A DNA stretch of 64,000 bases from Eledone cirrhosa (taxonomy: Eukaryota), in NCBI GenBank assembly GCA_964016885.1, contig OZ024743.1:74524001-74588000 (forward strand), given 5' to 3'. How positions within the stretch are numbered: position 1 is the stretch's first letter; each line of letters starts with the position of its first letter. A program made the position numbers and the translations under genes. The notes beneath the pieces are model-generated. The model was not told where the DNA came from and searched no databases. It saw only the letters and a program-made list of their open reading frames with translations. This document shows, piece by piece, positions 1 to 16,658 of this stretch.

Positions 1-511
1 GAGTGGTGGTGTGAGCAAGGACAGTGGTACGACCTTGCCTACGATACAATAAGGTTTATAGTATGTTGAAGGTTTTTGATATTTTGGTGTTTCCCCGCAT
101 CCGAGACTGTATATCATACAGATGTATGAGAATAAATGACTTAATAATTCAGCCTATATAATAAGATCGATCGCCTGCTTCAACTGCCTGACCCAGCAAA
201 TATCATTCTGACGCACTCTAATCATGTATAGATAAGACAAGCGTGCATGCTACACGGGAGATTGCTTCATACACTGACTACTCTAAGCTTTCCTCTTGCT
301 TTATCATCATAGACTGCCAACGCTTCATGTTTATCTTTATTTTCACTCTTATTTTCACTCTTGTTTTTATTTTATTTTTATCATGTAACACTTTATATGT
401 AAATTGCCATGCTATTTCATTTGATGAATGTCACCCCACTGTTGATCAATATGCGCATATGTTTTATGTGTCTCTTGGGTTGAAAAGGAGGTCAAGTATG
501 TTATAAATAGC

Positions 512-558
512 TGCTCCGAAGAATCCAAACCTCGGTTTGGAGGAAACAATTGTAAGCA
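512..558 (+). ncRNA. Type I hammerhead ribozyme (PLE-type, U4C core variant)
   Basis: Stem I tgct/agca; core ccgaaga; stem II tccaaacc/ggtttgga; gaaa; palindromic stem III caattg; GUA cleavage triplet; followed by aataaa. Confidence 0.7.
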
Positions 559-656
559 AATAAATGACTTAAACTGAACTTTAATTACTGTAATCTCTAT
601 ATAAATATATATATATATATATTAATATAAATATATATATATAAATATATATATTA

Positions 657-810
<154 letters not shown>

Positions 811-1301
811 TCACAAGTAAATCCAGTTGCTTAAATGACATTAACTTTAGTGAAAAATCTATAAATCTATAAATATTATTGTAGATTATAATTATGTTGG
901 TGAAATTAAATGACAATAAAATATTTTGAGGTGCATTTATAAATGATAAAAGATTTTGTGTTGCATTCATAAACAATAATTAGTTTCTCATTTATGTATT
1001 ATTTTTAATGTTTCTCCATTATTTTGCTACACTTTATATTACCTAGTAAATCGTTTAATAATACTGAAAATACCTCTAGCATCAGTGTAATCAATAGAAA
1101 CTATTGTAGAAGCTATAAGATGGTTGAGGGTTAATAAAGAATTATTAAAAACAGATTTCTTCTGAAATAATAACTTCTGAAACGTTTGATACGCCAAAGG
1201 TTCATCTAGATATTACTGAAGTGTGAGGAACAGCAGTCAGCTCCGACTCCGGGTGACATAGTTAATCCTATCACACAGACACCCCCTACACACACACACA
1301 C

Positions 1302-2268
<967 letters not shown>

Positions 2269-2372
2269 AACGGCCCTGTAGTATACTAGTTATCCTACAT
2301 TGAGCTGAAACCACAGTCATACCAAGGACAATATATCTGTGTGTCTGTGCACATTAGTATAATTGTCAACCA

Positions 2373-2446
<74 letters not shown>

Positions 2447-2885
2447 CGCATGGTAGCTAAGATGCTTCCAGAGGGGCACGTATATACATAGACACATGCC
2501 CACAGGCCTATATACATAAACACGCACACACACACACATGCTCATGCATACGCGTATGCATACACGTACACACAAAAACGTACAGACATGTACGTAGACC
2601 CCCCCCCCCACCTCCACCCACGCACACACACATATACACACATACCCATATATACCCGCACATACACACTCGCTCGTAAACACGCATATATATATATATA
2701 TATATATATACACAAACAAGCCCTTTCCCTACAGAGGTGCTTGTACACACACACAAACAAGTCCTTTCCCTACAGAGGTGGTTGTACACACACACACACA
2801 CATACACATGCCCATATACACTCCTACAAATATGCGCATATTCCCATACACACCCACGCACGCATAATAAAAATATATAAAAAAA

Positions 2886-2917
<32 letters not shown>

Positions 2918-3329
2918 CTATATACATTGGAAGTGGTTGGAGGTTGTATATTTCAGTAAGTAGGTGTAGTCGGATAAACGTCGAAATGGCTTGGTAGAAT
3001 GCAGCGAAAATTTACACAGTTATGCAGAATGACCCGAGGAGGCGTTGGGTCGACATTCAAGCTACAAGCTTCCATGGTTACGGAGAAAATCGATGAAACA
3101 GGAATTCCCATTCAAATTGAACTGAGAGTAATCTGTGAACGCAGAAGTAAATATTTCGAGAAACGTTGCAACCGAACGAAAACAGGAAGACGATATTTTG
3201 GTGAAGACGTTCCCTGGCAATGAACGGGAAAAAAGTGAGGATGATACGACGTTATGTGGACCGAAAAGAACAATTTCATGCAAAGACAAGACCAAGTTTA
3301 TGGTATAAATGGTGTCGTTAGACTAATAT

Positions 3330-3968
3330 TCTATTTAAAATAACAGAATGATTTCCAGCACCGGAGTTTAAGAATGATGTAAATAAAATTGAAAACGAAA
3401 ATGACAGAGGTTATTAAAATAGTAAAAATAAATAGTGAAGATTTAGGCCAGTACATACGTATGCCCCGACGGACATACACATACGTGCGCACACACAAAT
3501 ACATACACACCCACAAAGACACACACACACGCACGCACGCACGCACGCGTATGTATAAACCTTATGCATTTCTACAGTATTTTCACCAAACTTAAGACAT
3601 AGGTTACTTATGTACTCCGGATGGTTATGGGCACTTTTATTTTTCCAGATATTGATTATAGGGCCTCCCGGCAGATAACCCTCTTTAGCCACTTTCTTGG
3701 AGTCGACTGCAACAAAACGTCATAACTTCTGGAGTTCGCAACCGATTTTCACAAAACTTGACACATGGGCTACGTTTGTCCTACAGATGAATGTGAACTC
3801 TCAGAATTGGCATATATTGAGTAGGGGACCCTTGGGCACAGGAACTCCCTTTTGGAAAAAGTCGATGATTTTGTAAAAGTATAGTTTTCGAAGCAACACA
3901 GAAGTATTGACATAAATGGTATACACAACTGCTATTTAATACCCGAGCAACGCTGGGTACCTCTGCTA

Positions 3969-3969
<1 letters not shown>
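3330..3969 (+). mobile_element. Non-autonomous Helitron-like element (3' end clear, 5' end tentative)
   Basis: Subterminal hairpin tacccgagc-aac-gctgggta (3940-3959), then CTAG (3966-3969) and T; candidate 5' TCTAT at 3330. Confidence 0.55.
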
Positions 3970-4025
<56 letters not shown>

Positions 4026-4718
4026 AGAGTATTGAAATTTGCTTGAAGCATTGTGGAATGATAAGGTAAATTTCTTTAAGTCGTTTGGAAGCCTCGACAA
4101 TGCAAATGGGTAAATCTCCGGGTAACAAGATCCGGTGGTGGAGAGAGAGATGTAAGTGGGTGAACGTTGAGATGCGTGGCGTGTATAAGACGTGTAGAGG
4201 AATGAAGGAAAGCGCATAAAGGATAAAAATAAAAATAACAACACTAGAGAGAGTTATCTTGGGAGAGATTTAATTGTCCCTATATATTTCGGATTCACAT
4301 GCATCAACTGGGGGTTTTTTCCGGGTTGGGGGAAAGGTTGTCTGTCGGAAAGGTGCGAAACGCGTCCTCCGCTGTTCGTTGTTTTGAAATTCTGAGGTAT
4401 TCAGCAGAGCGTGCGTGCGCGTGAAATGGGGTCGGTCGGGTAGAGGTCAGCGGCCGAAGTAGTTCTTTCAATTGTGGGAGAGGAGTGGCGCTAGCTGTCA
4501 GTCCATTCTCTGCCTGTTTGTTAAATGTTACTGTGTGTGTGTGTGCGTGTGTTGTTGTCTCGTTTGAGTGTGTATGTCTGTGCGTGTGTTGTTGCCTTGT
4601 TCCTCTGTATTGGCAGTGTAGTATGTTCGTATGGTGGAATGCTACTGTGTGTGCGTGCGTGTGCGTGTGTAGTTGTCTCGTTTGTGTTTGTGCGTGTGTT
4701 GCTGCATCGTTTGTTAAC

Positions 4719-7064
<2,346 letters not shown>

Positions 7065-7230
7065 ATACATTAACAGAGAAATCTTTAAGCAATTCTCCGA
7101 CCGTCTTCCGTCTCACTCAACAAACATTATGATATACCTTAGTATAATTCCAATTATACGTTTGGGGTGCTAACTATACGTATTTTGCGGATAGCCAGTT
7201 GTATTATTTTATGAGACATAATTAAATACA

Positions 7231-7345
<115 letters not shown>

Positions 7346-7777
7346 CAGTGGTCACAGCATTGGATATTCGAGTTCTGCAAATACTTGTGAATTTGCACGT
7401 AGCGGAACTAGGCTGCAGTACCACCGTGGAAACACTTGTAAGCACACGGAATAAATTACCTTTTTATGATGTCTACCTGTTATTATTCATTCTTTATATA
7501 CACTCCGGAATACTGAAGGACCAGGAACTAAGTTTCTTGAACAATTCTTCCATAACTCGTAGAGTAACCTCTTACCGTACGTCAACCATATCCTGTGTAG
7601 TAATTAACCATCACTACATCTTGGAGAATCCTATACCTAATAATATATATATATATATATATAAGTTGAAAAAAAATGAAAACGAAATTTCATTTCTCAC
7701 TCTTAGTATGGCACTTACTTAAATGTAAGTATGTATGTATACGTACATACATATATATATACAGACGTACAGTAGCA

Positions 7778-7850
<73 letters not shown>

Positions 7851-7951
7851 GCATACAGGTACACATACATATATGCACGCATCAATTTAGCCGGCGTTTA
7901 TTATAACGCCGGCCGCTTTGTTCGTTTGTATATATATATATGTATGTACGT

Positions 7952-8111
<160 letters not shown>

Positions 8112-8124
8112 ATATATATATATA

Positions 8125-8174
<50 letters not shown>

Positions 8175-8175
<1 letters not shown>

Positions 8176-8455
8176 GGAGGCCTAGTGGTAAGGGTGTTGG
8201 ACTTAGAATCATAATGTCGTGGGTTCGATTCCTGGGCTCCGTGTTGTATTCTTCAGCAAAACACTTCATTTCACGTTGCTCCAGTTATGCTCAGCTGAAA
8301 ATGAGTACCAGCAATAGCTGGAGTTTTAACCCTGCGATGGACTAGCGTCCTGTCCAGGCGGAGGGAGTCTTGTACTCGCAGTCGCTTCACGCCATGAAAC
8401 CGGGATGAGCACCGGCCAAATGAACCTTCCGGCTTAAGACAAGAGAAGAAGAAGA
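8175..8455 (+). mobile_element. tRNA-derived SINE (CORE/V-domain-like body)
   Basis: A box ggcctagtggt, B box ggttcgattcc, body cagcaaaacacttcatttcacgttgctcca and ccctgcgatggactagcgtcctgtccagg, (aag)n tail. Confidence 0.75.
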
Positions 8456-8751
8456 TATATATATATATGCATATATGTATATATATATATACACATAAAC
8501 AGAATATACACACACAGTTATATAAAGATAAACAATGGGTCGTACATGAAAGGATGCATCTTATTATAAACATGTACACATATAAAAAATACATACATAC
8601 ACACATATACATATACATACATATACGCATATACATATATATATAAAAAATAAAAATAAAAATATATTTAAAATATATATATATAAGTTATTCCGGGTTG
8701 TATCGGAGGTAACCACAATACATAGCAGAGTATAAATGTTTAATATAGAAG

Positions 8752-8802
8752 AGCTTCTACAGGACTAGAACTGTTTCATTCGTGAGAAATCATCAGGAAG
8801 CT
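8752..8802 (-). ncRNA. Hammerhead-like motif, family gaaacagttctagtc (relatives near 9256-9305, 40170, 51065-51165, 53870-53950)
   Basis: agcttc-ctgatga-tttctcacgaat-gaaac-agttcta-gtc-ctgta-gaagct; stem I is offset by about 5 nt. Confidence 0.55.
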
Positions 8803-9803
8803 GGCTGTCCCAGTGGGTGGTGGTATTTATATCTTTTCTTTTCTGGTGGTAGGATAGGATGGGGATTGGAATGGGTGTAGGTCATTGGAGTTCATTAAAA
8901 GCTAATTCTTTAAAGCTATAATATTAACAAAGGCAGAAAGAATACTGTAAACAAATTCAAATTTGGATTACCAATCCTAGTTTATCACTTAGACTAACAA
9001 TGCCTGTGAGACAGGTGTCTACAGGATGGGTGGGGTTCAATGGTTTAAAGAAAAGGGAAATTCTTTAGAAGCTAATTCTTTAAGGCTGGAATAAGGGTGA
9101 CAAAGGCAGAAAGGGTTCCATCAACAGATTCAAATGTTGGGGGATTCCCCTTATTGTGAAGTTTCTCTTAATATATATTCCAGGTGTCGACAAGCACATT
9201 CACACACGCGCCCACTTACACACGTACACACACAATTCGGGAGAAATCATCAGGCCTTCCTGATGATTTCTCCCGAATGAAACAGTTCTAGTCCTGTAGA
9301 GGCCATTTCTATATTAAAAAAAAAAAAAATATATATATATGTATTAGAGTGGCCCTTAGCAATAGGTAATTTTCCGAAAGTTAAAATTTCGCTGCTCCCA
9401 CCGCCTAATCCTGTCCCAATCAACATAAACACGGGGAGTGCAAATCTTCAGCTTAATCGGACAACTGTTAAGCGACCCTCAAACGCCTTGAATTTGGAAC
9501 ATAGTATACGCAACGATTAATTCTGTTCAAAAGCGGTATACTGTTTCCTATCTCGACCATTTTCTTTTTTCTTAGAGAAATTTATGTGGACACATCCAGC
9601 CAACCCCAACAAATGTGTAAATATGTTCTGAATCAAATTTACCAATATTTAATTTGAAAAATTCCTGAAATAACATGAAAAACTTAAATATTAGGTTTTC
9701 TTAATAAAGCACACAGCTTCTATAAGAGAAACGCATTTTTATTTACAACAATAATTTCTATAGAATCAAAAATATAATATGAACATTGAACACTGAATAT
9801 TCA

Positions 9804-10161
9804 ACAAGGCCAGCTATTACCCCAGTGTATTACTGGTACTTTATTCTATCGACCCCGTAAGGATGAAAGACAAAGTTAACCTCAGCGGGATTTGAACTCA
9901 GAATGACAATGGCCGTAACTCAATGCGTCAAAGCATGGCGTCCGACCCTCTACCGATACTGCCAATCCAAAGGTGGTGGATTGGCAGTATCGGTAGAGGG
10001 TCGGACGCCATGATTGACGCATTGAGTTACGGCCCTTTATGGTCTCAGTTCAAATCCCGCCGAGGTTAACTTTGCCTTTCATCCTTACGGGGTCGATAGA
10101 ATAAAGTACCAGTAATACAATGGGGTAATAGCTGACCTTGTGCCACATGTAGAAACAATTA
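9804..10161. mobile_element. Head-to-head pair of tRNA-derived SINEs (minus 9804-9969, plus 9972-10161)
   Basis: B box gagttcaaatcc; core gaggttaactttgcctttcatccttacggggtcgata-aataaagtaccagt (MetaSINE-like domain); tail ggccttgtgccaaaagtagaaacaatta. Confidence 0.85.
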
Positions 10162-10489
10162 TTTTTGCATAAGAGTGGCAGTTGATTATGTTTTATGGTT
10201 TTTGGTAACGATCTGTAAAAGAATTTGTTTCTCAGTTTCATCTTTTGTGAGAATGTTATTGTAATCCTAAATGAGTTTGACACCAATTTCTGCAATATCA
10301 TTCACAACTGTCTTCTCAAGTTTTTCAAGTCCACTTTTGTAACCAAGATCATCCTTCCATGTTGAAGGGTCTTTGTCGAGGAAATCGGTGCTGATAGAAA
10401 ATCTCGTGAAGAAAGGTTTTGTACCAGGTGTTACAAGAAAAGTCATTTTGGTGCAGTTGATTTTTTTCACCTTTGTCTGCTTCCAGCAT

Positions 10490-11615
10490 AACTTGCTCTT
10501 CTTGCTCTCCTTTTATCCTTGCCCTCCTTGTTCTCCTTTTCTCCTTGCTTTCCTTGTTCTCCTTTTCTCATTGCTCTACTTGCTCTCCCTTTATCCGTTC
10601 TCTCCTTTTCTCCTTGCTTTCGTTTTATCCTTGTTCTCTTTGCTCTCCTTTTCTCATTGCTCTCCTTCTCTCTTTTTATCCTTGTTCTCCTTGCTCTCCT
10701 TTTCTCATTGCTCTCCTTTCTCTCCCTTTATCCTTGTTCTCCTTGCTCTCCTTTCTCTCCTTTTCTCATTGCTCTCCTTTTATCCTTGCTCTCCTTTTCT
10801 CCTTGCTCTCCTTGCCCTCCCTTTCTCATTGCTCTCCTTGTTCTCCTTGCTCTCTTTTTCTGATTTCTCTCCTTGTTCTCCTTGCTCTCCTTTTCTCATT
10901 GCTCTCCTGGATATCTTTTTCTCATTGCTCTCCTGGATATCTTTTTCTCATTGCTCTCCTTTTTTCCTTGCCCTCCTTGTTCCCCTTTTCTCCTTGCTTT
11001 CCTTGTTCTCCTTTTATCATTGCTCTCCTTTTCTCATTGCTCTACTTGCTCTCCCTTTATCCGTTCTCTCCTTTTCTCCTTGCTTTCGTTTTATCCTTGT
11101 TCTCCTTGCTCTCCTTTTCTCATTGCTCTCCTTCTCTCTTTTTATCCTTGTTCTCCTTGCTCTCCTTTTCTCATTGCTCTCCTTTCTCTCCTTTTCTCCT
11201 CTTCTCCTTGCTCTCCTGACTATCCTTTTCTCCTTGCTCTCCTTTTATCCTTGCTCTCCCTTTCTCCTTGTTCTCCTTGCTATCCTTGTTCTCCTTGCTA
11301 TCCTTGTTCTCCTTGCTATCCTTGCTCTCCTTTTATCCTTGGTCTCTTTGCTCTCCTTTTCTCATTGCTCTCCTTTCTCTCCTTTTATCCTTTTTGTCCT
11401 TGCTCTTCTTTTCTCATTGCTCTCCTTTTTCTCCTTTTCTCATTGCTCTCCTTTTATCCCTGCTCTCCTTGCTCTCCTTTTCGCATTGCTCTCCTTCTTC
11501 TTCTTGCTCTCCTTGCTCTCCCTTCTCATTGCTCTACTTGCTCTCCTTTTCTCCTCTTCTCCTTGCTCTCCTTTTCTCCTGACTCTTCTTTTCTCCTTGC
11601 TCTCCCTTTCTCCCA
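10490..11615. repeat. Pyrimidine-rich degenerate minisatellite (ctccttgctctccttttctcattg-like units)
   Basis: Direct reading; source of spurious L/S/F/P/C-rich ORFs. Confidence 0.9.
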
Positions 11616-12036
11616 GTATCTATGTACTTGTACAAATACAATGAGAAAAAGGAGAGCAAGGAGATATATGAAAGCAAGGCCAGTAAGAAGAGTATATATA
11701 TATAGGTGTTCGCCCCATACCAGCGCGCTGTCCCCAGCTTTGCAAGTTGCCTTCCCCATTATATTTATTGTCACTTATCCTTCTAATACCAAGAATAAGT
11801 ATGTACAAGTTTTTAATTTAAGAGAAAATTATATAAGAGATAAAATAATGTTATCTGAAAAAATGACTTTCCGGGTGAAAACTTCAAAATTTCATCAGGG
11901 TTTCCCTGCAGTTGTTTCCTTGAGCTAAAGTTTTGCATAGATGGGGTTTTTGTTAATTGGAACAAGATAGGGGGTGGGAGCTAAGCTTTTAGAAAGTTGA
12001 AAAAATAAGGGCCCCCCTAATATATATATATATATA

Positions 12037-12402
12037 TAAATTAATAAAATAATGAATAAACAAAGAAACAGTTCCTTATATTAAAAAAATTCATCATTTT
12101 ACGATCGTTTCTAGGATATATATGTGTTAGAGTTGGTATGCATATTCTATAGATCTATGTACAATATTTATACAAACTATCAGAGGGAATATACATACCT
12201 ACACATATATATATAAGAAGACAGCATATATATTTGTAGGTATGTATATTCCCTCTGATAGTTTGTATAAATACTGTACATAGATCTATAGAATATGCAT
12301 ACCAACTCTAACACATATATATCCTAGAAACGATCGTAAAATGAGAAATGTTTTTTAATATAAGGAACTGTTTCTTTGTTTATTCATTATTTTATTAATT
12401 TA
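12037..12402. repeat. Near-perfect inverted repeat, arms about 165 bp
   Basis: 12037-12202 is the reverse complement of about 12235-12402; contains gaaa-cgatcg-ta (hammerhead 3' half). Confidence 0.85.
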
Positions 12403-13089
12403 TCTTGACTCTGCTTTCCGTTTATTTTTCACCGAAAGTAGTTTTTGAATGCACCTTCTCTTTTCATGATATCCGGATTACATTGAGTTCTTCATACGGA
12501 TTGGACACTACCGTAAACTTTTGGTAGATTTATCTACATATATATATATATATATATATAACGAAGGAAGTGTGGTAAGGACCATAACACAAGACCCCGA
12601 CGACATAGCTCAAGCCGTTTCGACGGCTATTTCTGGACCAAATTGCTATTTCTGGACTGAATTTAGTCCAGAAATAGCCGTCGAAACGGCTTGAGCTCTG
12701 CCGTCGGGGTCTTGAACTATTTCCTATATATATATATCCTGAACATGGAACTTCGTTCAGCCTTCCCCGCTTCGACCCTCCACCTCCCTCGCCCAACTCC
12801 ACCCGCCACCACCCTTACACGCCTCACACCCTTCCACCACTTGTTCATTTTATTGTTTATTCTTATGCTTATTTTTATGTTTATTTTTATTTTTATTTGT
12901 TCTCCTTCCCCTTTTTTCTAAATGTATTTCCACACATCCTCGGAACTCTCTTCCTAACCTATTTATCCTGAAGAAGGGCTTATGACCTAAACTGCCCCCC
13001 CCCCCCCCACCACCACCACTCTCAAGAGTGTGAGCCTAATAAACCTTTATTTGTCTCTCTCTCTGTTTTGTTCCCGTCTAAATTTGCAC

Positions 13090-13120
<31 letters not shown>

Positions 13121-13295
13121 TATATATAGTGCAAATTTAGACGGGAACAAAACAGAGAGGCAGACAAATAAAGGTTTATTAGGTTCACACTCTTGAGAGT
13201 GGTGGTGGGGGGGGGGGGGGACTGTTTGTAATGGTGCTAACGACAGCTGCGGGAGCGTAGGTAACAACGCAGGCAGCAACAATGATAGGCTTACC

Positions 13296-14200
13296 GTGGG
13301 AAATAGATGGAACCGCGACAGAAATTGCAACTGCCGCGACAGAGGACGCTGCCCCCTTAGAGGATACTACTTGACTGATAGGGTTATATATAGATGCACT
13401 GTAACTAGCCACAATAGCGTTAAACATTATATAGGGGCTACCTCCGGCCCGTTCAAAATTAGGTTTCGAACACATCGCCACTCTTTCACAAATAAAAAAC
13501 TAAGACACTCCACTTCATCACATCACTAAAGGACTTAAACATCAGCTTCTCCACGCACTGGGATATTGTCGGCAGGGCTGCACCGTACAACTTCAAGAGG
13601 AAATGCGATCTTTGCCTCATGGAGCTCTACCACATCATAACTGCAACCCACGAACTCATCAACAGCAGAGCTGAAACAGCGATAAGCTGTACACATCGCT
13701 TAAAAATATCCTTCTTCAGATGGGTTAGGGATGAGGAGTGAAAACGCGCACCGGATCTCCCTGCAACAAGTCTTAACACCCCGGCGGGCAGGCGCTGCAA
13801 AATAACACCCAGGAAACTAACCTTGAATACCAGACTCAGCCTCAAACGACTCAGACAAACAGATGCGGCATACAACCGTCTCAAAATAAGCGTTGGTTAC
13901 ATGGCTCTGTGCGTATCGACAATGGTAAGGTTGTAACCTCATCTTGTAGCAGATCAAAATTTGTCCGAGAAAGACTGCCCTAACACCGGCCAGAGTTACC
14001 TCCCTTGACCTGCTGCAAAATCAAAACAAGCTATTTTTGCGAGCAATGAACCTTGACGTGCATTTAACTCCAAAAACTCTTTCCGAGCAATGTAAGGAAC
14101 ACTTTGGGTTATTTATGCCCTTGAGAAGCCCAACTGGGCGAAACGTACGTAGGTGCTGTTTTAAATAAACATGTTTTAACGGTCTAATCTCCGATTTCTT
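13296..14200 (+). mobile_element. 3' fragment of a Naiad-type PLE (zinc-finger linker, GIY-YIG, 3' pseudo-LTR)
   Basis: CNCR...CPL, VIYRC..HYIGAT..FK.RF..H..SF; after a frameshift KCDLCLME..LINSRAE...C.H; hammerhead and aataaa downstream. Confidence 0.85.
14117..14156 (+). ncRNA. Minimal hammerhead ribozyme with compensated U3/A8 core
   Basis: gccc-ttgagaa-gccc aact gggc-gaaa-cgtacg-ta-ggtgc; palindromic stem III; GUA site. Confidence 0.75.
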
Positions 14201-14919
14201 ACTTTCCCACGTATATATAGGAATTTTTATGGGGTTTTCTTTTTGAAATGTGGGTTTTTTAAGGTATTCTGAGCGTGTGTTTTTATGAAACGCCTTTTTT
14301 AAATGTTTTTTTTTAAAGTTTTTTTTAATGTTTTTTTAAATGCCTTTTCTTTCTAAGTATCCGATACACATTTAATATTTAATATTTTCTGTGATTGTCA
14401 CATATGAGACAGTTGCGGGTGTGTATCTGATTGGTGTTGGTGTATGAGTGCCCATACCTAAAACGCCTGCGCGATAGATGGACATATGTGTGGGAACCTA
14501 CAGGCCGACAGGGCTGCGACAAGACGCGACCGGTTCAATCATACAACCCCTTACCCACTACAGTAGTAATCCCGATATAAGAAACAACTTTGATTGACAG
14601 GTGGCAATTGAAAGGAATCAGATACCGATGACGTGTACAATTCTTGACCATGAAAACAACAGGATCTAAGCTGCTGAGCGAAGGCAGCAGGTGTAACTGA
14701 CACATCTGGAAACTCTGCTTCGTAGAATCGAGACATATCTGAGGATCTCACGATTTCAGAGTCAGATTTGATCATTGCATCGATCGGGCCTCGAGCTGGT
14801 CGTCAGAGAAACGATTGTAGTATGTCTAATATCAATATAAATTAAAATTATATAATAAATCTTATTCGTCGCACCACTGGTTCTCCGTTTCTTATGTGAT
14901 ATATATATATATATATATC

Positions 14920-15295
<376 letters not shown>

Positions 15296-15392
15296 GTGTT
15301 CAGTTTCTAATTAAATACCTCTGTTCTATACATAGAGCACTCTTTTTTCCTTTGCTTTTCCTTCGGAATTACCTAACATATATATATTATAT

Positions 15393-15434
<42 letters not shown>

Positions 15435-15574
15435 TCTCTGATGAAACCCCAATTTTAATTTACAGGGAAATACGTAAATTCGACATCTTTATATCTATCA
15501 ATAGATCTATCTGTCTCTCTTTCCCCTTCTCTATCCCCCTCTCTTTCTCTCTCTCTCTCTCTCTTTCTCTCTCT

Positions 15575-15627
<53 letters not shown>

Positions 15628-15753
15628 GTAGGAGGTGAGTTTTATTGTAGTACAATAAAGCAATGCAGATATCGGATAAGAAGCACTCTACAGTATGTGG
15701 GACTGGAGTATGCATAATATAAGATCAAAAGATGGTTAAAGGAGTTCAATATA

Positions 15754-15820
15754 TTTTATTATGCGCATTTCAAAAACAAACATCATCAAACAATAATATT
15801 TGTGTTTTCATCAGATAAAA
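15754..15820 (-). ncRNA. Type I hammerhead ribozyme
   Basis: Reverse complement of the 15947 copy. Confidence 0.85.
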
Positions 15821-15946
15821 CAGGAGAACATGATATGAAGGCTAAAAAAAACACTTGTTGATAGTGCAGTTTTAAATCAACATATGTTGATTTAAAACTG
15901 CACTATCAACAAGTGTTTTTTTTAGCCTTTATATCATGTTCTCCTG

Positions 15947-16013
15947 TTTTATCTGATGAAAACACAAATATTATTGTTTGATGATGTTTGTTTTTGAAAT
16001 GCGCATAATAAAA
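15947..16013 (+). ncRNA. Type I hammerhead ribozyme
   Basis: ttttat-ctgatga-[aaaca...tgttttt]-gaaa-tgcgca-ta-ataaaa: 6-bp stem I, canonical core, palindromic stem III, AUA site. Confidence 0.85.
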
Positions 16014-16045
16014 TATATTGAACTCCTTTAACCATCTTTTGATCT

Positions 16046-16111
<66 letters not shown>

Positions 16112-16512
16112 GTAATGAGTATAAACGAAATTGCAGCTGCAAGTAGTAGATTCACATCCGATTAAATTTGGAGACTGTCACAAACATTCAATGATAAAAT
16201 AATTTAGAAAATTTCTCCTCAAAGTGAACAAAATACGTTAGGTAATAGTGACACAATGAATAATGTGACCAGGGGCATGTTGTCACATTAATACTACAAC
16301 CACAAATACAGAGAGGTTAAAGACGAACCTGGACCTGATCGATAGATATCAATCGATATATATAATATATCTAGGAAAAGAGTCAGAACCCCGACGGCAG
16401 AGCACAAGCCGTTTCGACAGCTATTTCTGGAGTCACTCTATTACCCAAAGTATCGAGTACTCTGGTGCATTATGGTCCACATGGTTTCATACCACACTTC
16501 CTTCCTTATATA

Positions 16513-16658
<146 letters not shown>

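Larger units (their letters stand above)
9345..12019 (-). mobile_element. hATm-like DNA transposon, internally degraded
   Basis: TIRs tagagtggccctta and taagggcccccta, plus subterminal inverted similarity (about 9405 vs 11945-11972); 8-bp flanks atatgtat/atatatat; transposase remnant 10267-10470 (FF.RF.I..DFL.KDP.TW....Y...VVNDIAEIGVKL). Confidence 0.7.
15627..16053. mobile_element. Solo palindromic PLE pseudo-LTR (fold-back centred on catatg 15881-15886), flanked by (TA)n
   Basis: Arms 15714-15883 and 15884-16053 are near-perfect; sequence nearly identical to the termini of the Naiad at 33575-36703. Confidence 0.85.

Noticed and set aside
10373-11928. Long ORFs of 248-423 aa
   Set aside because: They are translations of a stop-poor pyrimidine minisatellite in several frames
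12966-12995. Hammerhead cctgaagaagggcttatgacctaaac
   Set aside because: GAAA is mutated to TAAA and the 3' part is missing; at best a dead remnant
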